From an uncultured Gemmatimonadaceae bacterium (GTDB taxonomy: Bacteria > Gemmatimonadota > Gemmatimonadetes > Gemmatimonadales > Gemmatimonadaceae), in the NCBI GenBank assembly GCA_963740355.1, contig CAVUDW010000002.1, forward strand, positions 576,001-640,000: a DNA stretch of 64,000 nt, given 5' to 3'. The position numbers and the translations under genes were made by a program. The notes beneath the pieces are model-generated. The model was not told where the DNA came from. It did no database searches and worked only from the letters and a program-made list of their open reading frames with translations. Positions 1 through 8,270 of the stretch are shown here, piece after piece; within the stretch, counting starts at the first letter, position 1, and every line of letters starts with the position of its first letter.

Positions 1-38
1 ATCGCCTGCGCCTTGGTGCGCTGAATCGTGCTCGACAT
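1..38 (-). CDS. 5' end of a gene running off the window (MSSTIQRTKAQA...), probably third gene of the ECF operon
   Basis: ATG at 38-36, 8 bp past the anti-sigma stop; only 12 codons visible. Confidence 0.35.
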   Translation of the reverse strand, partial: MSSTIQRTKAQA

Positions 39-46
39 CGGACCGA

Positions 47-463
47 TCAGTAGCGGAAGAGGTCGGGAACCGTCTTTTCCCGTGGAGCGTCGGAGATGGG
101 CCGGCCGGCCGAATCGAGGGGCGTCGAGAACGCCTCGACCGCGGCCTCGTAAGCCAGCCGATCATCGCGATTCGAGGTACGCCACAGGCCCCAGGCCGTC
201 AGGACCAGCGCCGCCGCGGCGACGGCGCCGCCAAGCTTCGTCCACTGCGCGAACGGCTCCCACCAGCCACCGATGGTCGCAAACCCACCCGTGACGGTAC
301 CACTTCGTGTCGCCGAGGAACCATCGGCGACGATTTGGTCCATGATGCGCGCCTCGAGGCCGTCCCAGTACGCGGCATCAGCCGGGGGACGAAGCAGCGA
401 GCGGAGTTGCAGTGTGACCGCTGGATCGCGGTCGAAATCGTCGGAATGCATGGAAGTAGTCAT
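47..463 (-). CDS. putative membrane anti-sigma factor
   Basis: Start overlaps the ECF sigma stop; one hydrophobic helix (LGGAVAAAALVLTAWGLW). Confidence 0.6.
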   Translation of the reverse strand: MTTSMHSDDFDRDPAVTLQLRSLLRPPADAAYWDGLEARIMDQIVADGSSATRSGTVTGGFATIGGWWEPFAQWTKLGGAVAAAALVLTAWGLWRTSNRDDRLAYEAAVEAFSTPLDSAGRPISDAPREKTVPDLFRY

Positions 464-1140
464 CAGGCCGGGCGTCGAAGCGTCCCGAGGATGGAACGCA
501 TCGCTGCCCTGGCATGGTGCAGGTCGGACCGCGCGGTGCCCTCGGGAATCCCGAGCATCGCGCCGATCTCGGCGTGCTTGTAACCCTCGACATCATGAAG
601 CACGAGCACCGACCGTTGCCGGTCGGGTAACTGCGACAGCGCACTGCGCAGACGATCATGCAGCTCATCCGCTTCAGCCGGGTCACGAAATGGACTGGCG
701 TGAGTATCGACCAGTTCATCCGTGTCCCGCACCTTGCGGCGGCGGGCCAGATCGAGCGCCGCATTGCTGATGATGCGGTGCAGCCAGGCACCGAACGGCT
801 GGTCCGGCCGGAACCGGCTCAGTGCGCGATGCGCGTGCAAGAAACCTTCCTGCACCGCGTCCTCCGCATCCTCGTGTGACAACAGCACCGCGCGTGCGAC
901 GGCATAGGCGCGCTGCTGGTGCCGGCGCACGAGTTGGGCGAAGGCCGACGTGTCGCCGTCCTGCGCGGCGAGCACGAACTGCCGCTCTTCTTCCCGGGCG
1001 GCAGCTAACGCCTCGGATGCCGCCTTCGCATCGGCGGGAGCGCCTGCCTGCCCTCGAGCTGGCTTACGCGCCATCGGACCCCGCCGCGCGATCCGCTGCG
1101 TGGAGGTACCAGAGACCAACGTGACTGCTGAAGAGGGCAT
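463..1140 (-). CDS. ECF RNA polymerase sigma factor (sigma-70 family); start may be 1074
   Basis: Region 2 (DAEDAVQEGF...FGAWLHRI) and region 4 (LPDRQRSVLVLHDVEGYKHAEIGAMLGIPEGTARSDLHHAR). Confidence 0.93.
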   Translation of the reverse strand: MPSSAVTLVSGTSTQRIARRGPMARKPARGQAGAPADAKAASEALAAAREEERQFVLAAQDGDTSAFAQLVRRHQQRAYAVARAVLLSHEDAEDAVQEGFLHAHRALSRFRPDQPFGAWLHRIISNAALDLARRRKVRDTDELVDTHASPFRDPAEADELHDRLRSALSQLPDRQRSVLVLHDVEGYKHAEIGAMLGIPEGTARSDLHHARAAMRSILGTLRRPA

Positions 1141-1251
1141 GGCAACGGGACTGAGTTGCCACTGGTACGCACCCCGGGTTCGGAGCGTTGCGGTCGAGCC
1201 GCAGGCGCAAAAGCGCGATCGAAACCCCGGGGCAACGCGTCACGGCCGACC

Positions 1252-1419
1252 TTACTTGGTCGACTCGGACGTCTCCTTCTCTCCAGCTTCGCCGGCGAAG
1301 CTGGCGTTGGTCACCTTGACCACCGAAAACAGGATGATGAACACCGCAACGGCGCCGACGATCAGGCCGGTGAACGCGGCCTTGCGGTCGCTTGGAGCCT
1401 CGGAGTGAGGAACGCTCAT
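1252..1419 (-). CDS. small single-pass membrane protein
   Basis: MSVPHSE... with TM segment AAFTGLIVGAVAVFIILFSVV; co-oriented with neighbours. Confidence 0.6.
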   Translation of the reverse strand: MSVPHSEAPSDRKAAFTGLIVGAVAVFIILFSVVKVTNASFAGEAGEKETSESTK

Positions 1420-1486
1420 GGGGACAATCCGGAGAGAGGACGGTCGGACCGGCGACACACCGGTCCGACGGGGTCAGGCAAACAGG

Positions 1487-1948
1487 TTACGAAACGCGAA
1501 CCGTGTTCATGACATCGTTGCCGGCGATGCTGTTCACGACATCCATCCCTTCCGTGACCTGACCGAACACCGTGTGAACGCCGTTCAGGTGTTGCGTATT
1601 GCGCTCGTTGAGCACGATGAAGAACTGGCTGCCACCGGTGTTCTTGCCGGCATGCGCCATCGACAATGCGCCGGGCTTGTGCTTGTGCGGATTACCGGCG
1701 GTTTCGCAGGGAATCGTGTAGCCAGGGCCGCCGGTGCCGATCTGCGGATGACCATTCGGCAGGTCGCGCGACTTCGGATCGCCGCCCTGCACGACGAAGT
1801 CAGGGATCACGCGATGGAACTTCACACCATCGTAGAACTTGTCGTTCGCGAGCTTCTCGAAGTTGGCAGCCGCAAGCGGCGCCTCGGCCTCGAACAGTTC
1901 TGCCTTGATGGTGCCCTTGTTGGTTTCGAACGTGACGATTTTGGCCAC
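1487..1948 (-). CDS. cyclophilin-type peptidyl-prolyl isomerase
   Basis: [52 protein letters not shown] start after GGGAGA. Confidence 0.96.
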   Translation of the reverse strand: MAKIVTFETNKGTIKAELFEAEAPLAAANFEKLANDKFYDGVKFHRVIPDFVVQGGDPKSRDLPNGHPQIGTGGPGYTIPCETAGNPHKHKPGALSMAHAGKNTGGSQFFIVLNERNTQHLNGVHTVFGQVTEGMDVVNSIAGNDVMNTVRVS

Positions 1949-2064
1949 GGTGTCTCCCGATTGCATTGGTAGTTACTGCGGAATGGCAGCCGCCGGCGAC
2001 CTGGGCCACGGCGCGCAGACCGGAATCTACCAAATATCAGCCGCCCGTGGGCTGCGCCGGCCTG

Positions 2065-2874
2065 CTACTGATCCAGCGGCGCAGACGGGCATCGAGGGCG
2101 CAGGCTGCAACTGCCGCACCGTGGAGACCGCGCGTCGCAGACCTGCCGGCCGTGCCAGATCAGGAGGTGCGACAGCATCGTCCACGTCGACTGGGGGAAA
2201 AGCGGCATCAGCGCCGCCTCGATCTTCACCGGATCGGTCGCCTTCGTCAGGCCGAGACGGTTGGACAGGCGGCCGACATGGGTGTCGACCACGACGCCCA
2301 CGTTGATGTCGAAGGCATTGCCCAGCACCACGTTGGCGGTCTTTCGACCGACTCCCGGGAGGACCACCAACTCGTCCATGGTCGCCGGAATCTGGCCGCC
2401 GTGCCGCGCCACGACGGCCTGGGACATGCCAACGAGGCTTTTCGCCTTCGCGCGGAAGAACCCCGTGGTCTTCACCAGCTCCTCGACATGCTCGATCGGG
2501 GCGTCCGCGAGCGCAGCGGCATCCGGATAGGCGGCGAAGACGGCTGGCGTGACCATGTTCACCCGCTTGTCCGTGCACTGGGCGCTGAGGATGGTGGCCA
2601 CGGTCAACTGGTACGCGTTCTGGTAGTCGAGCTCGCAGTGGGCCGTCGGATAGAGCCGCGCGAGCTCGGCGTATATCGCCGCGGCGCGCTCTTTCAGCGC
2701 GCTCCCCTTGAGCTGCGCAAAACGCGTTCGGAGGACGATCCGTGCGCTGGGCTTCGGCTTCAGCGTGGCCGTGGCGGGCTTTTTCGCGCGTGGCGTTGCA
2801 CCCGACCCGGCTTTGGGCCCGACGACCTTTCCGCTGCGAACCGTCTTGCCGATGGACTTTCGTGCTGGCGTCAT
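2065..2874 (-). CDS. nth: endonuclease III with basic N-terminal extension
   Basis: ILSAQCTDKRVN, HhH LPGVGRKTANVVL, VDTHV, 4Fe-4S motif C-x6-C-x2-C-x5-C. Confidence 0.96.
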   Translation of the reverse strand: MTPARKSIGKTVRSGKVVGPKAGSGATPRAKKPATATLKPKPSARIVLRTRFAQLKGSALKERAAAIYAELARLYPTAHCELDYQNAYQLTVATILSAQCTDKRVNMVTPAVFAAYPDAAALADAPIEHVEELVKTTGFFRAKAKSLVGMSQAVVARHGGQIPATMDELVVLPGVGRKTANVVLGNAFDINVGVVVDTHVGRLSNRLGLTKATDPVKIEAALMPLFPQSTWTMLSHLLIWHGRQVCDARSPRCGSCSLRPRCPSAPLDQ

Positions 2875-4601
2875 GCGGTCGTCAGGGCGGCATCGCGCCG
2901 GCGGCGCGCGAACGCGAGCACCTCATCGGCGCTTCGGGTATTCAGGACATCCTTCGCACCGAGCCAGCCTTTGCGCGCCATCGAAACACCGAGCGCGACA
3001 TGGTCGAGCCCGGCGATGGAGTGTGCGTCAGGGCCGAGTTCTACCTGCACGCCGGCATCACGCGCGGCTCGGCACCACCGCCAATCCATGTCGAGACGGT
3101 GCGGATCAGCATTGAGTTCGACCGCCACGCCGAGTTGTGCGGCGCGTGCGAGGATCGCGGCGAGATCGATGGCATACGGCTCTCGGGTCAGCAACAGGCG
3201 ACCGGTGGGATGCCCGATAATCGTGACATGCGGATCTTCCATCGCTTTCAGCACGCGGTCGGTCATCTGCGTGCTGTTCATGCCGAACCGTGTGTGGACG
3301 GATGCGATCACATAGTCGAAACGGTCCAACAGCGGCGCGCCGAAATCGACGGTGCCGCACGGCAGGATGTCCGCCTCCACGCCTTTCAGCACGCGAAACC
3401 TGCCCGACAGCGTCGCGTTCACTGCGTCGATCTCGTCGTGCTGCTGCTGGACCGCATCGGCCGTCATGCCATGTGCATTCAGCGCCGAGCGCGAGTGATC
3501 GCTGATGCCGAGATAACTCCACCCGCGCGCCATCGCGGCGTCAGCGAGGTCGGTGATGCCGAAGCCACCATCGGAATACAGTGAATGGCAGTGCAGCACG
3601 CCGCGGATGTCCTGCGCCTCGAGCAGCGACGGCAACGCGTGCCGGCTTGCGGCGGCCGTCTCGCCCATCGCTTCGCGAAGTTCCGGTTCGATGAACGGCA
3701 ATCCGGCCAGTGCGTAGAGCGCTGCTTCATCGACGATGGGCACGACCGCGCCCGTCGCATCGCGCACTTCATCGTCAACCACGCGGTATTTCCGCTCTCC
3801 CAGCCGCTGCAGCAGGTCGCGGACATGTTCCGCATTGCCGGTGGTACGGAGCAACGTCATGGCGAACTGTGTGGGGTGCACACAGTGGAGCGTCGCGGTC
3901 GTCGAGTCGGCGAAATAGAGAGATATGATGCGTGTGCCGCTGCCGACGACACGCTGCACACCGCGCACGTGTGTCAGGGATGCGGCGACGGCAATGGGCT
4001 GTGTCGTACACTCGACGACCAACCCAATTTCGTTCACCGTCTCCATTCGGCGGCGAAGCGCCCCACTCACCACCACACGCGCTACGCCTTCGTGTGCAGC
4101 GATCGCGTGCAGCAGCCGTGCGGCTTCGGCATCTGCATGCGGCAGCAGCACCGATGCACCGGTCTCTCGAAGCTGCAGAATGCCATTGCGAACCCGTTCC
4201 ACGAGGCGCGGTCCGAATCGCGGCAACGCTGCCAGTCGTCCATCGCGCACGGCGTCTTCAAGCTCCTGTAGCGTTTCGATACCGAGTCCGGCGTGCACGC
4301 GTTGAATCGTCGTCGGGCCGAGTCCGGGCACGCGGAGCATTTCCTGGAGCCCTTCCGGCGTGTCCTCGCGCAGGTCGTCGAGCAGGCTGGAGTCGCCGTC
4401 GTGCAGCAACTCCTCCAGCACCGCCGCCACCGCAGGGACAAAGCGTTCAGCCGCGAGCACGTCGGCGAGCGGGCGAGTGGGCTGGCCACCGAGCTGTTTC
4501 GACGCGCTCTCGAACTCGGCCGAGCCCAGCTCGTCCTCGCCCCGGAGCTGACGGAGCGTGGCGATTTCGGAGAGAACGTGGGCGGCGGCGCGGGCATCCA
4601 T
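2871..4601 (-). CDS. polX: PolX-family/PHP-domain protein with degenerate polymerase site
   Basis: MLRVPGLGP HhH, TGNAEH, IEPELRE; PHP ligands HCH, DH, GVE, SVH, GHPTGR, DAH; likely start MDARAAAHVLSEIA at 4601. Confidence 0.9.
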   Translation of the reverse strand: MDARAAAHVLSEIATLRQLRGEDELGSAEFESASKQLGGQPTRPLADVLAAERFVPAVAAVLEELLHDGDSSLLDDLREDTPEGLQEMLRVPGLGPTTIQRVHAGLGIETLQELEDAVRDGRLAALPRFGPRLVERVRNGILQLRETGASVLLPHADAEAARLLHAIAAHEGVARVVVSGALRRRMETVNEIGLVVECTTQPIAVAASLTHVRGVQRVVGSGTRIISLYFADSTTATLHCVHPTQFAMTLLRTTGNAEHVRDLLQRLGERKYRVVDDEVRDATGAVVPIVDEAALYALAGLPFIEPELREAMGETAAASRHALPSLLEAQDIRGVLHCHSLYSDGGFGITDLADAAMARGWSYLGISDHSRSALNAHGMTADAVQQQHDEIDAVNATLSGRFRVLKGVEADILPCGTVDFGAPLLDRFDYVIASVHTRFGMNSTQMTDRVLKAMEDPHVTIIGHPTGRLLLTREPYAIDLAAILARAAQLGVAVELNADPHRLDMDWRWCRAARDAGVQVELGPDAHSIAGLDHVALGVSMARKGWLGAKDVLNTRSADEVLAFARRRRDAALTTA

Positions 4602-4702
4602 GCTGACCAATCTAGTGCTGTCCACCTGCCCACTCCGCCTGTCTGATTGGCGGTGTTCCCAGGTCGTGTGGCTGGTCCGTGTGTTGGCGGCCGTCGCGCT
4701 GG

Positions 4703-5596
4703 TCAGTCGCTCTGTCTCGACACGAATTCGTTCAGGGCTGCCTCGAGCGCGACGGGCTGCTCCACGTAGGGCACGTGACCGCAGTCGCGCAGCTCCACGA
4801 ATGTCGCATCGAGGGCCGTGGCGGTTGCACGGGCGCTCGAGAGGGGGATGGGATCCCGGTCGCCGTGGACCACCAGCGTGGGCAGGCCGACCCGTGGCAG
4901 CGCCTCCACCAGGGCGGCGCCATCGACGCTGGCCCAGGTGGATTGCTGCACCCGACCGGTGACCCGGAAAGGTGTCAGGTTGGCGGATCGTTCGGGGTGT
5001 GCGAAATAGCCGGCGACACTGAGCTCGAAGGCGCGCTGGCGGTAGGCATCGGCATCCCGCTCGCGCAGCCCCGACGCCTGAAGCTCTGCTCGCAGGCCGG
5101 CAACCTCCGGCGCCAGTTGGCGGCGTTGCAGTTCGGCGTCGAACACCGCCCGGTCCGCGGGCATGAACGGCGCGGGAGAGATCAGCACCAGCCAGGGTGG
5201 CAACGCAATCCCGCCTGCCCCCGCACGCGCTGCCACCACCACGTGCATGGCGAGCAGCGCGCCCCACGAATAGCCGACGATCGGAGCGCCGTCGACGCCG
5301 AGCTCACGTGTCACGGCTGCAAAGTCGGCGACATGTGTGCCCACGGTGATTGGGGCCGGATCGTCGGTTTTCGACCGTCCCCCGCCGCGCTGGTCGTAGA
5401 ACACCAACTCGAACCCGTGTCCCAGTGTGGCCAGGGACAACAACTGCGGCAGCAGGTAGTCATGGTGTGCGCCCGGCCCACCGTGCAACACGACCAGCGG
5501 CGGCGCTCCTGCCTGCCCGTACCGGCACCAATACAACGGCACGTCGGTCGTCTGCGTCATGCCGCTCTCGCGCGGCGCTGGAATCGGGATCGGCAT
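4703..5596 (-). CDS. alpha/beta hydrolase (proline iminopeptidase-like)
   Basis: HGGPG, YDQRGGGRS, nucleophile elbow GYSWG, HGDRD, CGHVPY. Confidence 0.9.
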   Translation of the reverse strand: MPIPIPAPRESGMTQTTDVPLYWCRYGQAGAPPLVVLHGGPGAHHDYLLPQLLSLATLGHGFELVFYDQRGGGRSKTDDPAPITVGTHVADFAAVTRELGVDGAPIVGYSWGALLAMHVVVAARAGAGGIALPPWLVLISPAPFMPADRAVFDAELQRRQLAPEVAGLRAELQASGLRERDADAYRQRAFELSVAGYFAHPERSANLTPFRVTGRVQQSTWASVDGAALVEALPRVGLPTLVVHGDRDPIPLSSARATATALDATFVELRDCGHVPYVEQPVALEAALNEFVSRQSD

Positions 5597-5655
5597 CCTG
5601 CAATCTACGCGGCATCTCCCGTCGGTCGTGGTGCCGGATTCGGGGGAGCCTCTCG

Positions 5656-5692
5656 TCGCATCTTCGCATCTTCGCATCTTCGCGATTTCGCG
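5656..5692. repeat. 8-bp tandem repeat (TCGCATCT x3 plus degenerate copies)
   Basis: Read directly from the sequence. Confidence 0.85.
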
Positions 5693-6158
5693 CGGCGACG
5701 CTGCGCTTTCGCCTGGTTGTCCACACGACTCACGCGGAGCCGCGGGGGACGCGGAGCCGCGGGGAACAGCACCAGACGCCTGCGGGGGCGGAGGGGTCGT
5801 TTTCTGGTCGGAGAATCCCGGGCTTCAAGGGTCAGGATTTCATGGGGCAGAGTTCTTGAAATTTCATGGGATCAGAGTCCTTGAATTTCATGGGGCCAGA
5901 GTTCTTGAAAATTCATGGGCAGAGTCCATGCACAGCGACCGATCTCGAAGCGCCGCCCGCGACGCCAATCGCACAAAAATTCGCCGCGGAGGCGAGCGCA
6001 GTTCTCCTGCAGTTACACCTCCGAGCCACACCGAAGGCTGCTACCGCGTGCGAGCCCCCGCGGCTCCGCGTCCTCCGCGTCTCCGCGTGAGGGAGTGTGG
6101 ACCGTCAGCGGCGCAGCCGGGCGGGAGTGCGCGGGAGTGTGGACCGTCAGCGGCGCAG
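5693..6158. mobile_element. MITE-like intergenic element with ~46-bp terminal inverted repeats, copy A
   Basis: 5719-5764 is a near-perfect inverted repeat of 6056-6102; both ends match 25168-25476 in reverse orientation. Confidence 0.55.
5837..5930. repeat. 24-25-bp tandem repeat, ~4 units (consensus ATTTCATGGGGCAGAGTTCTTGAA)
   Basis: Units start at 5837, 5861, 5885 and 5910; no spacers. Confidence 0.85.
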
Positions 6159-6177
6159 ACGCGCGGATTGGTCTCAG

Positions 6178-7080
6178 TCAGGCGTAACGCGACGCAGCAG
6201 CAACGGTGTTCAGATGCACGCGGACCGTGTCCGCAATGTCGCGACCGTAGCCGCCCGCGATGGTGACGCACACCGGCAGGCCAACTTCGCGACAGGTGCG
6301 CAACACGAGGTCGTCGCGTTGCGCGAGGCCATCGAACGTCAGCTTCAGTCGGCCCAGCCGATCGCCTTCATGTGGGTCGGCGCCGGCGAGATAGATCACC
6401 AGGTCCGCGCCAGCGTCGCGCAGAACTGCAGGAAGTGCGTCCGTCAGTCGCGCCAGGTATTCGCCGTCTTCCATCCCGTCGGTCAGCTCTTCATCCCGGC
6501 TGCCGTTCACCTTGTGAAACGGGAAATTCTTGGCGCCGTGCATGTTGAACGTGTAGATCGAGGCATCCCCGGCGAAGATCGCGTTCGTGCCGTTGCCCTG
6601 GTGCACATCGAGATCGATGATGCAGGCGCGGCGGACGAGCCCCAGCGCTTGCAGGCGACGGATGGCAATTGCGACGTCATTGAAGACGCAGAAGCCTTCA
6701 CCTCGATCGGCGAAGGCGTGATGTGTGCCGCCGGCGAGATTCATCGCAATACCGTGGCGGACGGCGAACTCGCTTGCCTCGATCGTCCCGCGCACCACGC
6801 GAAAGGCGCGCTCGACGAACGCCTCGCTCCAGGGTAGTCCGATGCGCCGCTGATGGGCCGGATCGAGCGTCCCAAACTCGACGCCGTCCACGTACTCGGG
6901 TGTGTGCACCAGATGCAGGTCGTCGTGCGACGCACGCTCCGGCTCGTGCACCGTTTCGGGTGTGACCAGGCCCTGCGCCAGTGCGCCTTCGCGCAGCAGC
7001 GCGTACTTCGCCATCGGAAAGCGATGGCCGTCCGGGAGCGTGATCGCGTAGCGGGGTGATGACCAGCAGTGGAGCGGCAT
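6178..7080 (-). CDS. histone deacetylase-family protein
   Basis: HRFPMAKY, GGTHHA, GFCVFND, DLDVHQGNGT, GADPHEGD, GGY. Confidence 0.95.
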   Translation of the reverse strand: MPLHCWSSPRYAITLPDGHRFPMAKYALLREGALAQGLVTPETVHEPERASHDDLHLVHTPEYVDGVEFGTLDPAHQRRIGLPWSEAFVERAFRVVRGTIEASEFAVRHGIAMNLAGGTHHAFADRGEGFCVFNDVAIAIRRLQALGLVRRACIIDLDVHQGNGTNAIFAGDASIYTFNMHGAKNFPFHKVNGSRDEELTDGMEDGEYLARLTDALPAVLRDAGADLVIYLAGADPHEGDRLGRLKLTFDGLAQRDDLVLRTCREVGLPVCVTIAGGYGRDIADTVRVHLNTVAAASRYA

Positions 7081-7136
7081 ACGTGTCACGCTGCGGCGTG
7101 TGCCCCGATGCACCGAAGTGCACCGGGGATCACTGG

Positions 7137-8204
7137 TCACCGATCGGTGAAGTCCGTGCTCGAGTCCACGCGGCGGCAGGCCTCGGCGATCAGCGTCGCA
7201 GCGCTGTCGAGGTCGTCCAGACTCACCATCTCGTTCGGCGAGTGCATGTAGCGATTCGGGATCGATACCAGCGCCGTCGCAACACCATCGCGCGCGAGCT
7301 GGATCGCGTCGGCATCCGTGCTCGTGGCGCGACCCGCCGCGTGCAACGAATACGGCATCGAGAGCGATTCCGCCGTGTCACGCAGGAGGCGGAAGACGAC
7401 GGGGCTGATCACGCTGCCGCGGCTCAGGACCGGGCCGCCGCCGAGTTTGTGCTCGCCGACTTCCTTCTTCTCGATGCCCGGGTGATCGGTGGCGAACGTC
7501 ACGTCCACCGCGATCGCCATCTGGGGGCCGAGTGACTGTGCCGCGACGCGCGCACCACCGCCCGAGTACCCGATCTCTTCCTGACAGGTGGCCACTGCGA
7601 CCACCCGAGCCGCGCCTGGCTTCTCGGCGTATCGCCGGAGGGCCTCGAGCACGATGAAGGCGCCGATCCGGTCGTCGATGCTGCGCGAGACGATCCGGTT
7701 GTTCGGCATGTCGGTGACTTTCGCATCGAGCACACCGCAGTCACCGACCGAGAGCCGTTCGGCCGCTTCCGCACGGTTCTGCGCCCCGATGTCGACCCAC
7801 ATGTCGGCGAATTTCGTGACCTTCTCGCGTTCCTCGGGCTTCATCAGGTGGATCGGCTTCTTGCCCACCACACCGTAAACCTCTCCGGTGCGGCCGATGA
7901 AGCGGATGCGCTGGCCGACCAGGACCTGCGTGTCCCAGCCACCGATGCCTTCGATGTAGGCGAAGCCGTTGTCGTCGATCCAGGTCACGATCACACCGAT
8001 TTCATCGATGTGGCCGGCGAGGAGGATGGTCGGACCGCCGGTGCCCTGCACCTCGGCGATCGAGTTGCCGATCACGTCGGCCCGGACAGCGGCGAACTTC
8101 GCCGCCTCGGCCCGCCAGACCTTGGCTGGCGCAGACTCGAACCCCGATGGCCCTGGGGTGTCGAGCAGCGTCTTCAGAAATGCAATGGAAGATTCGTTGA
8201 GCAT
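7137..8204 (-). CDS. M42 family metallo-aminopeptidase
   Basis: GHIDEIG, DDRIG, QEEIG, AVDVT, TDAD, RYMHSPNE. Confidence 0.93.
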   Translation of the reverse strand: MLNESSIAFLKTLLDTPGPSGFESAPAKVWRAEAAKFAAVRADVIGNSIAEVQGTGGPTILLAGHIDEIGVIVTWIDDNGFAYIEGIGGWDTQVLVGQRIRFIGRTGEVYGVVGKKPIHLMKPEEREKVTKFADMWVDIGAQNRAEAAERLSVGDCGVLDAKVTDMPNNRIVSRSIDDRIGAFIVLEALRRYAEKPGAARVVAVATCQEEIGYSGGGARVAAQSLGPQMAIAVDVTFATDHPGIEKKEVGEHKLGGGPVLSRGSVISPVVFRLLRDTAESLSMPYSLHAAGRATSTDADAIQLARDGVATALVSIPNRYMHSPNEMVSLDDLDSAATLIAEACRRVDSSTDFTDR

Positions 8205-8270
8205 GATAGAAGACTAATTCGATACGCCAGCGTAACGGTGGCCTCCATCAGTGGGGCCGCCCGCAGCAAG

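Noticed and set aside
4602..5267. N-terminal 220 aa of the 798-aa PolX ORF
   Set aside because: Overlaps the hydrolase in another frame and reads as GC-rich shadow; PolX homology starts at 4601.
5837..5930. Possible CRISPR array
   Set aside because: Units are contiguous with no unique spacers, and no cas genes are in the window.
5559..6266. ORFs with 8-aa repeats (FHGAEFLK...) across the element
   Set aside because: By-product of the DNA repeat; unit lengths of 24 and 25 bp shift the frame, and there is no RBS or plausible composition.
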